A stretch of 63,979 nucleotides of DNA, counting the filler. It is 10 parts of 10 records of this genome, joined end to end, with 100 filler letters (N's around TTAATTAATTAA, not from the genome) between each part and the next. Parts side by side here need not be neighbours in the genome. Positions count along the whole stretch, not along the records: positions 40,348 to 48,529 come from SRR7504441_603; positions 48,630 to 60,847 come from SRR7504441_607; 8 more parts are not named here. One strand, 5' to 3'. Both the position numbers and the translations under genes were made by a program. Positions 44,774 through 56,754 of this stretch are shown here, in pieces. The notes beneath the pieces are model-generated. The model was not told where the DNA came from, did not search any database, and saw only the letters and a list, made by a program, of their open reading frames with translations. Numbering within the stretch: the first letter of the stretch is position 1; the number at the start of each line of letters is the position of its first letter.

Positions 44774-46416
44774 ATGGTGGCTTTGGAGGGCAGTGCGCCT
44801 GGCCCGCGGACGCTGCGGTTGGCCGACCACTTTATCGGGGACCAGGGTGCACTGGAGGTGGCCCGCTGCCTCCGCCACGGCGGCGATTACGATGAGCTCG
44901 ACCTGTCGGGCAACGCACTCACGGCGGGCTCGGCGGTGGCGCTGTTCGAAGCGCTCGCTGGGAGCAGCATCCGGAGCGTGAGCCTGCAGTGGAACGCAGT
45001 GGGCTACAGCGACACCGCGATCGAGAGCCTGGCCGCCACGCTTGAATCCAATTGCACCATCAGCTCGCTGGATCTTCGCAACAATCACATTGGCCCGGTG
45101 GGTGGGGCCGCGCTGGCCGAGGTGCTGGCCCACCGCAACAGCACGCTCACTGTGCTAGACCTGCGCTGGAACAATCTCGGTGTGCGGCTCGTGTAGTTGC
45201 ATTGAGAGCCGGGCCGGGCAGGGGTGGACGGAGCCGAGCCGTTTGTTCGAGCCCTTGAGAACAACACAACCCTGCAGGAGCTGCGGCTGGAGGGCAACCA
45301 GGCCTCTTGGGACCAGATCCAGGAGCTCGAGCAGTGCACCCGGCGCAACCGCGAGCAGGCCAACACAGGTCCCCGGCCTTTCGTGCTGCCTTCACGCGCT
45401 GTGCGGCAGAGGCGAGCGCGGCTGCAATGAGAGGACACGAGCGGGTATCTGCTGAGCTGCAGCAGGCCCGGGCAAATCTAGCGGCCGCCGAGCAAGAAAC
45501 CGCCGGGCTCCGGGCTCAGCTAAATCTTGCAGCCGAGCGGGTGCGCTGCCGGCCAGCTCGGGATTGAAGGGGCTGCACAGTCGGAGGCCGAGAGAGCTGC
45601 AGCCGAGGCTCGATGCGCCAAGCTGCAACAGGATATGCTCGGCCAGTCTTCCCGGCTGGAGCATCTCATGGGCTCGCTCCAGTCTGAGCTAGAGCAGCGC
45701 CGAGGCGCAGCCGGGCGCGAGCTCGAGCTAGCGAGCAGCATCGAGCAGCTGACCCGACAGGTGCGACCCAACCGGCCCAGCTGAGCCTGCGGCTGACAGC
45801 GGCAGAGTGCGGAGGAGCAGGCGAGTCGGGCCAGACAGCTCGAGCAAGAACGGGCGCAGGCTGCAGCACAAGCCGGTCGACTGCAGGCTGACAATGCCAA
45901 TGCGGTGGCAGCAGCCAAGGCGGCGGGCGAGGAGCGGGCTGCGGCAGAGCGGCAGCTCGCGGGGATGCAGGAGCAGCTCGGGCAACTGGGGGGCGCAATG
46001 CAGCAGGCGGCGGCGGCGGCGGCCCAGTCGGCGGAGGAAGCCCGGCAGGCTGAGGAGTGGCACAGGGAGGAGATGAGCAAGGAGCGAGCCGAACACGCTC
46101 AGCTGCAGCGCGAACAGCAGACCGAGCTGGCACAGTTGCGCGCGGAGGTGATTGCGCTCAGGGAGGCGCATGCGCGGCAGCTGAGCACGCTTGAGGATCG
46201 GGTCCGGCTGCAGGTGGGAGCAGCATGCTAGTTGAGGGCTGAGTTAGTGCTGGGCAGTTCACCAGGTTACATCACGATGGCGAGAGCGGAGGCGGGGCGA
46301 CGGGCGAGGAGTCATTGACGTCGCTTACTGGAATGCTGAAGGAGGCAATAGAGATCGGAGAGAATTTGCCAGGCGTGAGCAGCTCACAAAAGCTTTCGAG
46401 TATGCCATCACCATGA
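44774..46416 (+). CDS. RI-type LRR plus coiled-coil protein (LRRC45-like), multi-exon
   Basis: LDLSGNAL, SLQWNAVG, LDLRNNHIG, LDLRWNNLG and LRLEGN, then coiled coil. Exons are joined by short GT-AG introns. Confidence 0.7.
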
Positions 46417-46640
46417 TTGAAGCTGATCGAGAGTTGATCTGACCGACCAACCGACTACCACTGACCACCCATTGAACCGGCTTTAATATTATATCTTGGT
46501 TAATTAAATTATCAATGACGTAAATGATACATCGCTGAAGTCGAGTAGTCAATCAACCGTCTGGTCTCTCACGGTTTCATAGCTTCTGCATGTTCTCATA
46601 GGCAACGTCCGTTCTTAGTACGTTCTTAGTCTAGATATGC

Positions 46641-48353
46641 TTAGTCCGCGCTGTCATGCTCCAAGGGCGGATCTAAGCTAGAACTCTGTGACGTATCGGA
46701 ATCACAACATCTCCAAGACGCACAGATGCACGCTTCGGCAAGATCTAGACGCAAGAAATGCCATAAGAGCTTCCGGCGGCACGGGGCGGACGGCTCAAAT
46801 AGATTGACCGACACTGCGTAATGGTCTGCCTGGCTGGTCACTTGATGGTACCACCCCGCAGGAACGTAGATTGCTTCGCCTGGCCGGACATCTATAGTGA
46901 TTTCATCCGCCCTTACAGCCGCTAGGCCACTCGAGCCGGAAGAGCTGCATCCATCACCAACCGCCGGGCCGTCCATTGCCAGCCGGGAGAAGCTTGGGCC
47001 GGGGCCTGCCTGCGCGTACCAAGGAACTAGCTGTACGCTGTGGTGAGGAGGCAGCAGCCGCCATTGCTTTCGGCCTCGCAGCTGAAAATGCACATTGCTG
47101 TAGCCGTCGTAGTGGAGCTGCTCGGTGTGCCCCGACGGGCCCCACCACAGGCACAGCTTGCTAGCCTGGCCTCCGCTGGCCCAGCCCCCCAGCTGTGGCG
47201 CTGCCTCCTCGGCAAGCCCAAGCTTCACCAGATTACGCAGCTGGCTCTGCAGCCGGGCTACCTGAGCAGAGTCCACATGATCCACCGGATCGTCCCCCGA
47301 GAACATGGCCCAGTAGAGCCCCCGCCGGGCGGCCTCCCCGTTGTGTATTGCCTTCAGGAACTCTGCTGAGCTAAACAAGTGCTCGTTCAGCGGCCGGTCG
47401 ACCTGGCTGCTCGCGGCCCGCTGCTCTCTGCTGTCGCCGTACTCTCGGCACCAGTGCGACCAGCCGGCGAGCAGCTCGAGCATCGCCGTGTCGCACTCGT
47501 TGTCGTCATCGGGCAGTCTCCCGAACCCACTGAGCAGCGCAGGCTTCTCCGAACCGTGCAGCCAGCGGCGGATCGGCGGGCAGCAGATCAGGCATCCAGC
47601 CACAGGAGCGCAAAGACAGGTGAGCAGCCGCGCGCAGACAGCACTGCAGCACTGGGATGGCACCGTGGGTGCTTCAGCCGGCCCATTCGCGACGAGCCCC
47701 GCAGCTGGGCTCGGGGCTGTCTGCTGTGAATCAACCCGCAGCTCTGCAGGACTGCCATCGCTGAGGACCACCACCGCACACTCGGCAGTGGCTAGCATGT
47801 ATTGCCGCATGAGCTCGTCCTTCAACGACGGCCGCACCACAATCAGCACCCGGTATTGCCGGCCCGGCCTCATCACGCACCGCCCAGCCGCCGGCTCGAG
47901 CCCCTGCGCCCTCCGAAGCTCCAACGGGCCGATCTCGTCGATGATCACCCAGCCCCCGCCCTCTGCCCGCTCGAGCTCCTCCCGTGCCCATCCGAAGACC
48001 TCTGCACTGAACCTGAAGGGCCCGGCCGCCAGCACACCGCTCTCCAGTTCGGCAGCGAGCCTGCATTCCTCCGCTGGGGCTTCACCCCCGACCAGCGCCC
48101 GGCGTTCGGCCTGGGCGCGCCGCTGCCTGTGGCGCTGCTGGTCGTCAGTTAGCTGGTTGAGCTGGTGCCGTCGACACTCTCCGGTGGACAGCCGAGTGAG
48201 GCAGCGGAAGCCGCTCTCATCGGTCGGCCCGAGTACACCAGTGACTGGGCTGGGCAATGAAGGTAGTATGCCACTCAGCCAGGTCGTCTTGCCGCTCCCC
48301 GGCTCGCCCACCAGCAGCACCGTCCTCACTGAATCTGGTAGCCCGTCAAGCAT
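46641..48353 (-). CDS. Fusion of an NTPase_1/THEP1-like P-loop NTPase and a JmjC (cupin-like) 2OG-Fe(II) oxygenase
   Basis: N-terminus has LVGEPGSGKTT and WVIIDEIGPLEL. C-terminus has LWWGP...QLHYDGYSNVHFQLRGRKQWRL and PGEAIYVPAGWYHQV. Single uninterrupted 570-aa ORF. Confidence 0.82.
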   Translation of the reverse strand: MLDGLPDSVRTVLLVGEPGSGKTTWLSGILPSLPSPVTGVLGPTDESGFRCLTRLSTGECRRHQLNQLTDDQQRHRQRRAQAERRALVGGEAPAEECRLAAELESGVLAAGPFRFSAEVFGWAREELERAEGGGWVIIDEIGPLELRRAQGLEPAAGRCVMRPGRQYRVLIVVRPSLKDELMRQYMLATAECAVVVLSDGSPAELRVDSQQTAPSPAAGLVANGPAEAPTVPSQCCSAVCARLLTCLCAPVAGCLICCPPIRRWLHGSEKPALLSGFGRLPDDDNECDTAMLELLAGWSHWCREYGDSREQRAASSQVDRPLNEHLFSSAEFLKAIHNGEAARRGLYWAMFSGDDPVDHVDSAQVARLQSQLRNLVKLGLAEEAAPQLGGWASGGQASKLCLWWGPSGHTEQLHYDGYSNVHFQLRGRKQWRLLPPHHSVQLVPWYAQAGPGPSFSRLAMDGPAVGDGCSSSGSSGLAAVRADEITIDVRPGEAIYVPAGWYHQVTSQADHYAVSVNLFEPSAPCRRKLLWHFLRLDLAEACICASWRCCDSDTSQSSSLDPPLEHDSAD

Positions 48354-48845
48354 CTCCTCCTTCCACCCCTCTGCCCCCTGTACAGTCGTACTCGGCCGTT
48401 AGTGTCCGTTGGAGATCACGGCACAAGGGCCACAGCATGGCTGACCTGCTGGCACAACTGAATGAGCACATCCTCGGTGCATGCGTCCGCCGGCTGCCAG
48501 TGCACCCCAGGCCCTTCGCCACCACCGCCNNNNNNNNNNNNNNNNNNNNNNNNNNNNNNNNNNNNNNNNNNNNTTAATTAATTAANNNNNNNNNNNNNNN
48601 NNNNNNNNNNNNNNNNNNNNNNNNNNNNNCGCCCACATGGAGCCCTCCCGCCCAAAGCAATATAGGAGCCTCAATACCAATGAGCCATGAATGTGGGGAA
48701 CAGTTGACACGCGTGGCGCACCAGCCGTGCGTGGGCCACCATGCCTACCGGGTGGTCATGAATGAGTGAATGGTTTATCGTTTCCTCCCCATTGAAGTGT
48801 GTAAGATCACGTTGCAATTATAACGACTTCTGTGACCCCGGGCAG

Positions 48846-49874
48846 ATGCTGCCTTCCAGGACCTGGCTCCTGGTTGTGGCAGCAGCGTGCTTCGAGCGTT
48901 CACCGCAGTGCGGCCAGCCAGGCCAACAATGCGAAGACCAGCCGGACCTCATCCTCCGCGCAGAAACAATTGACGAGGATGCAAGCCGGCGCGAGCTGCT
49001 CCACGGATCCACTGACAGTGGCAAGGCTCTCCTTGAATCAATCGTTGCTGGTCGGCCATACCGACCTGGAGCTGGGCCGCCAACGCACAGCCCAGCCTGC
49101 CAGGAGTCTATCAGGTCCCGCTGGCACAAGCTCCGCCGAGCTCACCCCGGGGGCGTCGTGACTGGCGGCTGTGCTGATGCGAGAATACTGCTACGGGTAT
49201 GGCGGATGATAAGTTCAAACGCTAAAACCGTGGTAGAGGTCGGGGCGGGGAAGGGTGATTTCATGGCCCGCGTGCTCAACTCGTGGGGCAACTTAGTCTA
49301 CCTTCTGATGAAGGAAAAGCTTGGGCTGCCCCGAGGAGCAATGTGCGAGGATGAAGGGCACGAGCCTCTGGTGTATGCCTTCGAGGTTCACCGCCATGCA
49401 GCGCTAAGCAGAGCAGTGGAGCGGCTGCCAACCAAGCTACGCGAGAGGGTGAGCATCGAGAACAGGTTTGCTGCTCACACAGTAGGGACCTTGTTTACAA
49501 TAGATGGAAATAGCAGTTCCAAGCGCACAGTGGAATCCACAACTGTGGACCACTACCTCGCAGAGCGGGGAATAGACCATGTCGACATGCTTAGGATTGC
49601 TCATCAGGGCAATTTCGACGTCTGGGCACTCGCAGGTGCAGCCAAAACAATCGCAGCTAGAAAAGTGAGGTTGATAGATGTTGAATACTCTGCTTCTGGA
49701 CGGCTGTGGAAGCATGTGGATATGCGACTGCTGGTGAATTGGATGACTGCGAATTCAGCCAGGCTGCGGCGATCGGGGCTGGCATTCAGGGCAGCGGCCG
49801 GTCGGTCCCACTGGGTGTGTTCCACGGCAGTGAGCTGGCGGCGATGCAGACGGCCATGTCCGTGGCCGATCTAG
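48846..49874 (+). CDS. FkbM-like SAM-dependent methyltransferase with N-terminal signal or anchor (3' end unclear)
   Basis: VVEVGAGKG, VYAFEV, TTVDHYLAERGIDHVDMLRI. After ~49755 the coding signal appears to switch frame and continue to ~50189, possibly a chimeric join. Confidence 0.6.
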   Translation: MLPSRTWLLVVAAACFERSPQCGQPGQQCEDQPDLILRAETIDEDASRRELLHGSTDSGKALLESIVAGRPYRPGAGPPTHSPACQESIRSRWHKLRRAHPGGVVTGGCADARILLRVWRMISSNAKTVVEVGAGKGDFMARVLNSWGNLVYLLMKEKLGLPRGAMCEDEGHEPLVYAFEVHRHAALSRAVERLPTKLRERVSIENRFAAHTVGTLFTIDGNSSSKRTVESTTVDHYLAERGIDHVDMLRIAHQGNFDVWALAGAAKTIAARKVRLIDVEYSASGRLWKHVDMRLLVNWMTANSARLRRSGLAFRAAAGRSHWVCSTAVSWRRCRRPCPWPI

Positions 49875-50279
49875 TTCCCGCGAGCGGCCGAGACTGCCCG
49901 CCGGCCTGCATGGGGGTGGGTACCTGCCGCCGGGGTCCCTGACAAGCGGCAGGCCGAGTGGCTGGACGAGGAGGAGGCTGGGCCGATCGACTTGCAGGCG
50001 GCAATTAACGTGCCAATTGCGGCCTGTTGCGCCAACCAGATCGTGCTGGGCCGGCTAGCAGTCGCGCTCTTGGGGCAGGAGCACGCGGCGGATGCCCTCG
50101 GCGAGCTCATTGTAGGGAGCTGTTTGCTTGTTGTGCGGGGAAAGTCCAACGCGGTGTGGCGGGTCGAGTGTCGCATACCGACCGAGTAGACCGCATAAAG
50201 ACCCATTCGTTTAGCGCTAGTTTGGCGCATAATTATAAACCGATCCCATGCATCGCACGGTTGCACCAATCACGCAAGC

Positions 50280-52260
50280 TCACAGCGGGTCAGTGGCTTC
50301 TTTGAGCCAGTTAGCTGTTGCCGGATCATTCGCTAGCTCCGGCAGCACCGCGCCCCGCACCCGGGCGTGGTAGGCGTCCAGCCAGTCCCGCTCCTCCTTG
50401 CTGAGCATCCCTGTCTCAATCAACTCCCGCGCCATCGGCACTGTGGTGAGGTACTCAAACTTGAGCCAGGCCCGGCTGCCTGTCTTGAACTCGGTGTCGG
50501 CCGGCACAGTAACCAGGTCGCTCTCTATTCGAATCCCGAACTCACCAGCCTTGTAAAACCCTGGCTCGTCCGATACTACCTGTCCGCCCGTTGGGTCTCG
50601 GGATGAGGGTTAGGCGCACCATGCCTGCCTCGAATCCACAGAGGTACACCCGCTGCATCCTTGGGTTTGACTGAATGGCCTCGCCTGCGCGCTAGGGCTC
50701 AGCCAGGCACACAGTTGCAGAGCTTCCCTTGACGGAGCCGCCGCCGATCCCTATGGGGCCCTCATGCACGTTCAGATAGGCACCAATCCCGTGTCCTGTC
50801 CCGTGCCCATAGTCGAGCCCGAGCCGCCAGAGTGGTCCCCGGGCGAGCAGGTCAAGCTGGAGCCCGGTAGTGCCCTCCGGGAACACCGCCCGAGCCAGCG
50901 CTATGTGCCCCTGCAGCACTGCAGTGTAGCATCGCCGCTCTTCTTCGGTCGCTTTCCCGAAATGCACAGTGCGGGTAACGTCGGTGGTGCCTTCAGCATA
51001 CTGGCCGCCGGTGTCGCATAGATATATGTGGTCGGGCGAGATTGCACTGCACGCGTCGGCCTCAGCATGGTAGTGCACAATAGCAGCGTTGGCCCCACTC
51101 GACGATATTGTCGGGAAGCTGTCACCCAGGCAGCCTGGCTGCGCCCGCCGGCGTCTAGACATGGCCTCTGCCGCCGCGTGCTCGGTCACCCCCGCCGGCA
51201 CGGCCGATTTGAGCCAGCAAAGCTGCTGGCAAAGCGTCACCGAGTCCTTCAGAGCGGCGGACCTCATTCCGGCGATCTCTTCGGCGTTCTTACAAGCCTT
51301 GAACTGCTCGATAGGAGAGACTCTAACAGTCAGCAGCGAGCTGGCGGGCAGCGCGCATTCTATGGCGACTGAGCAGCTGGCTTCTTCCACCATGACCTTG
51401 CCGCCCTGCTCGAGCAGAGGAGCGAGCGTCGGCTGCAAGTTGGACCAGAAGTCGCTGTACGCACGAAGCTCGACCAGCCCCCCGAGATGCTCCCGCACGG
51501 CCTGCAGCGAGCCGTGCGAGCCGCTGTCCTCCTCGACCAGCTGCGAGTAGAGCACAGCGGTCTCGGGCGTGACGATCATGAACGCGAAGAACACTGGGCT
51601 GCACTCGATATCGGACCCACGCAGGTTCGTCAGCCAGGCCACCTGATCCAGCGCACTCACCACCAGCGCGCACGCCGACTGCTGCTTCAGCGCCTCCCGG
51701 GTCCGCTCCAGTTTGGTCAGCACCGACGCGCCGGCCACCTCGACCGGATGCGGGATCACCGGCCGGGCCGGGCGGGCCGGCCGGGCTTCGGCCCAGACCC
51801 GGTCGATCAAGTTGGCCTGGACCGGGACGAACTTGACCCCGGCCGGCTCCCATTTGAGCATCCAGTGCCGCAGCTTGCTCGCGGGGAGCACGGTCGGATC
51901 GCAGCCGACCGCCTGGCCCGAGAGCTCCGAGGCGACCCAATCCTCGAGCAGGGGGACGCCGGGCTGGTGCTGCTTCATCAACTGCCATCCGGGCCCGAGC
52001 TGGCTCTCGGCGGTCAGAAAGTACCGCGAGTCTGTCCAGAGCAGCGCCAGCTGCTGGGTGATGAGCGCCAGCCCGGCGCTGCCTGTGAACCCGCTGATGT
52101 GGGCCCGCCGCTCGTCGGCCTTGGCAACGTACTCGGAGCTGTGCGCGTCCTCTGACGGCACCAGGTACGCGTCGATCTGCTCCACCGCCATCAGCGACCG
52201 CAGCGCAGCCAGCCGCTCAGCCGGCGCGCCGGTGTCCTCGGCGTGCTTCCTCTTCGTCAT
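50280..52260 (-). CDS. XPNPEP1: Xaa-Pro aminopeptidase P (M24B)
   Basis: PSEDAHSSEY, ISGFTGSAG, WTDSRYF, AWLTNLRGSD, DTGGQYAEGTTDVTRT, GHGTGHGIGAYLNVHEGP, SDEPGFYKAGEFGIRIE, WLDAYH. Confidence 0.93.
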
Positions 52261-52307
52261 TTTCGAGCGTTCACGAGGTTTAACCGACGTTGCACGCGAT
52301 CTCCAGG

Positions 52308-53980
52308 ATGGAAGTGGTGCTCCAGGATTCCCCTTCAAAGCAGGAGGCCGGGCCGGAGCAGGTCAGCCTGACGCTCAACCGGGCCTCCACGAACTTCACC
52401 AGCGCAGCCTTCTCACGCGGCTACCAGGAGGAGCCGGTGCTGGCTGCTCACGACGACAACGAGCCTCGGATCGTGGTGAACGGCCAGAGCTCGTCCGGCC
52501 GGCGGCTGGCAGTCGAATGCCCGGCCAGCGCCACGGTGCTCTCGCTGCGCCGGCTGTTGGCCGAGGCGGCCGGGCTGCCCCCACTGCAGCTCAGCTTCGC
52601 GGGGGTCGACTGTGAGGACTGGCAGACGCTGGAGCAGATCGGGGTTCTCAGCGAGGCTTGCGTCCTGTTCGGGCCAGTCCCCCAGTTTGCTAACGACGGG
52701 ACTGACATATCGGACCTTGCGGCGGTTCCATCGGCAGCTTCTCCCGAGTACAGGCCGTTTTACGTCGAAGAGGACCCCGGCGCATACTATGAGGATAGGG
52801 CACTGCAGCGCCCCCGGCCTGTGCCCCCGGCAACGGAGCACACGGTGGTGTGGGGCCAGATCTACGAGCCGTCCCTGGGTGGAGTGCTTCCAAACATGCA
52901 CGACGCCCCCGCCGACGTGCGAAACCTCAAGTGGCCCGGCGCGGTGCTGCGCACTCCGGCTGGGTACTTGGCGATCGCAGGCATCATCACCCACAACGAG
53001 TGGCTCAGCAAATACCAGTATGCCGAACTGGGTTCACAGCGTGAGTCGATTTATGAAGTGTTCTTCCGGTCTGGTTTGAACCGAGGCAAGTGGGGCAAGA
53101 AGACCGAACTGGCAGTCGTCTCACTGCAGCAGAGCGATCAGCTCAGATCCGCCGTTGTGCTCGCATCGAGAGCTGATGAATTCGAAAGGTGTGGCGAAGC
53201 TGGGACTAGTTGGAGCCCTGTGCTCGAGCTCAGCTGGATTACGGACGCACGCCAGTTGGAGTGGGGTGTCTCGACGGGGTTCAGCGAGAGCTGCGTCAGT
53301 GTGCTGTTTGATCGAGCTCAGGCCGAACCTATGATTGAGCACAACATCACTGACGGGATGAGGACCTGGTACTCGGTGCCTCACGACTCGAGATCCTTTG
53401 AGCTGGTGTTCATGTGTGAGTCCGCCGATGCCGCGCAGGAATTTGTGCTCATGCTGAGGCAAAAGTGCGGGGGTGGACTTTCTGAGAATGCTGGCTCGTT
53501 CGCTGTGCTTCCGGACGCCCCTTTCTCATGCAAGGAGGCCTGTGAGGCGGCCAAGGAGGCCGGTTGGCACACGCTGTTGGCTCTTGGGGCTGTGCTCGTC
53601 ACGCTGGTAATCATCGTTAGTTTCGCTGGTTGCCACGCTTGACTTTGGGCTGATGTACAGGGCGGCGGAGCGGGTATTTTGTATGTCGGTTTAGCGTCCT
53701 TGGACAACCACCTTGCACGTTCATCTGATGCCCTGGCGAGCATTGTGCTTGGAGGTAGCGACTAATGAGCGGTTGGTTGTGATGCGTGCTTGGGATTGTC
53801 TTAGGTTTCCTTCTACTTTGTTCTCCAGTTGCCATCTTGTGGCTCATCTTTGTCGGGGTAACTGGCTGGGGTTCCCTCTTACTGCGCATGATTGGATGGT
53901 ACGTGTGTGGGCTGTGCTTTTGCCCAAAGCTTTTCAACTGCATTTGCCCATCGCCCTTCTTTGGAGTCATCAGCAGTTAA
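52308..53980 (+). CDS. Ubiquitin-like-domain membrane protein with C-terminal TM helices
   Basis: Ubl pattern TVLSLRRLLAEAAGLPPLQLSFAG..CEDWQTLEQIGV. Two short introns extend the ORF to hydrophobic exons ending at 53980. Confidence 0.6.
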
Positions 53981-54401
53981 TCAGCAGTGGCATCGATCAT
54001 CAATTTTGAGCTGCTCCGTGAGTGCATCAAGCTGTTCCTCAAGTGGATTAATAACATGTATTATTATCACTGTGATATTCTATACAGCCCCTAGGTGTCC
54101 TTACTAGAAGCGTTGTGTACTTGTACAGTATTAACTTGGTTTCAGCCCGGCATCCCGACACTCGACTCACGAGCCAGACGAGCGTGCGAGCGCCTGAAAT
54201 CAGGCTCAGGCTCACTGGCTGTGACCGGCTTAACGTCAACGACGCAGATCTCGCGTGCCAGCGAGGAAGCGGCGAATACGGCGCACTGTCCAGCGGTCCA
54301 ATCGGCTGGGTAGATCGGAGCATCCGGTGAGCCCGCCAACCGCCGACCGGGGCGCCGACCGGCCGGGGCAGATTCGGGGGCTCCGGGGTCGGTTTTTGTC
54401 A

Positions 54402-55589
54402 ATGCTTAGTGCGCAGCGCGTGGCGGAGCGTGCCACTGCCCTATACAACTATAGCGCGCCAGCCTGCTGCGTGCGAAGGGTCGCGCCTGGGCTGCATGTG
54501 GACCCCGAGTGCGACGACTCAATCAAGCAGGCTGCCCTCCAAATCGCCGGCAGCTGGCTGGGCCATCAGCAGGACACAGAACTCGTGGTCACCAGGATTA
54601 AGGTTGGCAACAGCAACTGGCTAAGGCGGGTCAGCCATGCTGGCCGGTCAGTACTGGTGCGAGTCTTTGGCCCAAACGACGGGCTAGACAGGGAGGCTGA
54701 AACGGCCACTGTCGAGGCGCTAAGCCGGCACGTAGGCAGGCCAGCGTACCTGGGGAGCTTTGAGAACGGTCGCGTCGAGGAATGGCTTGATGGCTACCGG
54801 CCGCTTGAACGCGCTGAGGTGTCGGAGCCGGCGATGACTGCGAGGATCGCCACTCGGCTCGCTTTGCTGCACACCTTTGAGCTCCCGCCAGCGCTATCGG
54901 CCCATCACAGTGGGCTGGCGATCTGGGAGAGGCTACGGGACTGGATCGATGAGGGCTGTAACAGCCCCGCTCCAATGCAAGCTGAGTTGATCCGCACAAA
55001 TGATCGCCTGTTCGATGGGGAGACTCTGACAAAGATGGCAGCTCTGTTAGAGGCGGAGGTAGAAGGCTGGCCGAGCTCCAATTTGACTCGGCTTGTGTTT
55101 GCGCACAATGATCTGACCGCAACGAACATCATGTTCTGTCCAGACAGACTAGACGTGGTTCTGATCGACTTTGAGTACAGCACTCCAAATTATGCTGCGT
55201 TTGATATTGCAAACTACTTCTGTGAGTGCTCTGCTGACGAAGAAGAAGAAGTTCACAACGAGCTGCCGGATATTGCACAGCAAAGGTGGTTTGCGGAGTG
55301 TTATCTGAGAGAACGGGCTGGACTGGAGGGCAGCGAGGCGCGTGCGCCAACGGAGGCTCAGGTCAATGAATTGCTAGCACAGGTGGAAGTGTTCCTGGTC
55401 GTGGCGGATTTGACCTGGGGTATGTGGGGCCTGATCCGGGCCCTCAAGTTGGTCAACTCAGACACCGGCACCATGTATCTTGCATATGCCAAATCCAGGC
55501 TCGAACGTGCATTCGCATCAAGAATTCTTTGCCGCGTTGGCCAACACGTGGGAACAAAATCCGTGACAAATGTTCACGAACTCGATTAG
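54402..55589 (+). CDS. Choline/ethanolamine kinase
   Basis: VLVRVFG, FENGRVEEWL, Brenner motif VFAHNDLTATNIM, LIDFEYS, FDIANYFCE. Confidence 0.92.
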   Translation: MLSAQRVAERATALYNYSAPACCVRRVAPGLHVDPECDDSIKQAALQIAGSWLGHQQDTELVVTRIKVGNSNWLRRVSHAGRSVLVRVFGPNDGLDREAETATVEALSRHVGRPAYLGSFENGRVEEWLDGYRPLERAEVSEPAMTARIATRLALLHTFELPPALSAHHSGLAIWERLRDWIDEGCNSPAPMQAELIRTNDRLFDGETLTKMAALLEAEVEGWPSSNLTRLVFAHNDLTATNIMFCPDRLDVVLIDFEYSTPNYAAFDIANYFCECSADEEEEVHNELPDIAQQRWFAECYLRERAGLEGSEARAPTEAQVNELLAQVEVFLVVADLTWGMWGLIRALKLVNSDTGTMYLAYAKSRLERAFASRILCRVGQHVGTKSVTNVHELD

Positions 55590-55769
55590 TCTCGGGTAGT
55601 GTTTCGAGCTAACATTATCTGAAATTAAAGGCATATCGATGTAATCTAGAAGAAGGCTACAGGTGTACCGGTTTCATTGCGGCCAAGCCGATCTAAAGCA
55701 GATCATCAGCATGCACCATTTCAACCCGGCCGGTTGAATGCCGTTGTGTGGACCGTTCGGATTCGATTC

Positions 55770-56066
55770 ATGGAGGTGCGGCTTCTTACGCCCGGCGGGC
55801 CGGTGCATCTGGACAGCGAGAGCGCCACTGTGGGCGAGCTCCGGGCGGCGATTTGCGGCACTCTGCTCAGGCTGGACACCGGCGAGGCCCCGGACCCGGA
55901 CGAGTTCGTGATTTGCTCCGGCAGCTCGGTGCTCGACGACGAGTCGGCCGCGCTCCGGGACGCTGCGCCCACCCTCGACTTCATGGGGCTTAACCTGCGC
56001 TGGGCGCCGGAGCGTGCGCCGACGGTGCACGTGGTGTATGGGCTACAGGCCCGCGGCCGGGCCTGA
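55770..56066 (+). CDS. Small ubiquitin-like-fold protein (3' end unresolved)
   Basis: MEVRLLTPGG...ATVGELRAAI...SGSSVLDDESAALRD. Confidence 0.4.
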   Translation: MEVRLLTPGGPVHLDSESATVGELRAAICGTLLRLDTGEAPDPDEFVICSGSSVLDDESAALRDAAPTLDFMGLNLRWAPERAPTVHVVYGLQARGRA

Positions 56067-56754
56067 TCACGCCGATCTGAGCTATTGGTTGAGACGGATC
56101 AGCGATTGCACAGTCGCGGCGGTTAAATGCCTTCATAGCATGTCTGCCAGCCTCGCTATAGCACGATACTAAACGGAGCAGCTTAGCCATAGCACATTCC
56201 CCAGCGCGCCCGCTGTCGCCCTGCCCTTGCCCTTCGCACATTGTCTAGTTGTCGTTTAGCGGATTGAGCGGGCCATGCTTGCTCTTCCCATTTGTAACTG
56301 ACAACCCGACCGGTGGGCATCACACCCGGACAGAGGCTCGGATTGTCAGCGAGCAAGGTTAACCGCAAGCATAACCGCATTGACCGCGAGCAGGTCGGGC
56401 ATGCCAGTGCCGCTGAATTTATGAGTGGAGTGCGGGTCATATATACAATGCCGGGCTCGACGGTCATGCTTCAAAAACTATAACAGGTACCGAGTACAAA
56501 TACATGCAACCCTACACAATCATGCCTTGTACTGGCCATCAAACTCAAACTTAGCGTGGCTACTGTGCACGTAGCCCTCCGCCAAGAACGCGAGAGCGGC
56601 TCCACCAGCTCCTCCAACCGCGCCCGTAACGTGCTGTTGTGCACCACCGTGCACCACCGGGTGGTGCGGTGCTTCCCGCGCGATCGGCGCAAAGTACCGC
56701 CCGCGTATCTGTTGGCTCTCCATTTACTTGAGGATCGGCGTGTGGGCTAAGCGT

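Noticed and set aside
56183-56723. Short minus-strand ORFs downstream of the RING gene
   Set aside because: No recognisable domain and no convincing splice model.
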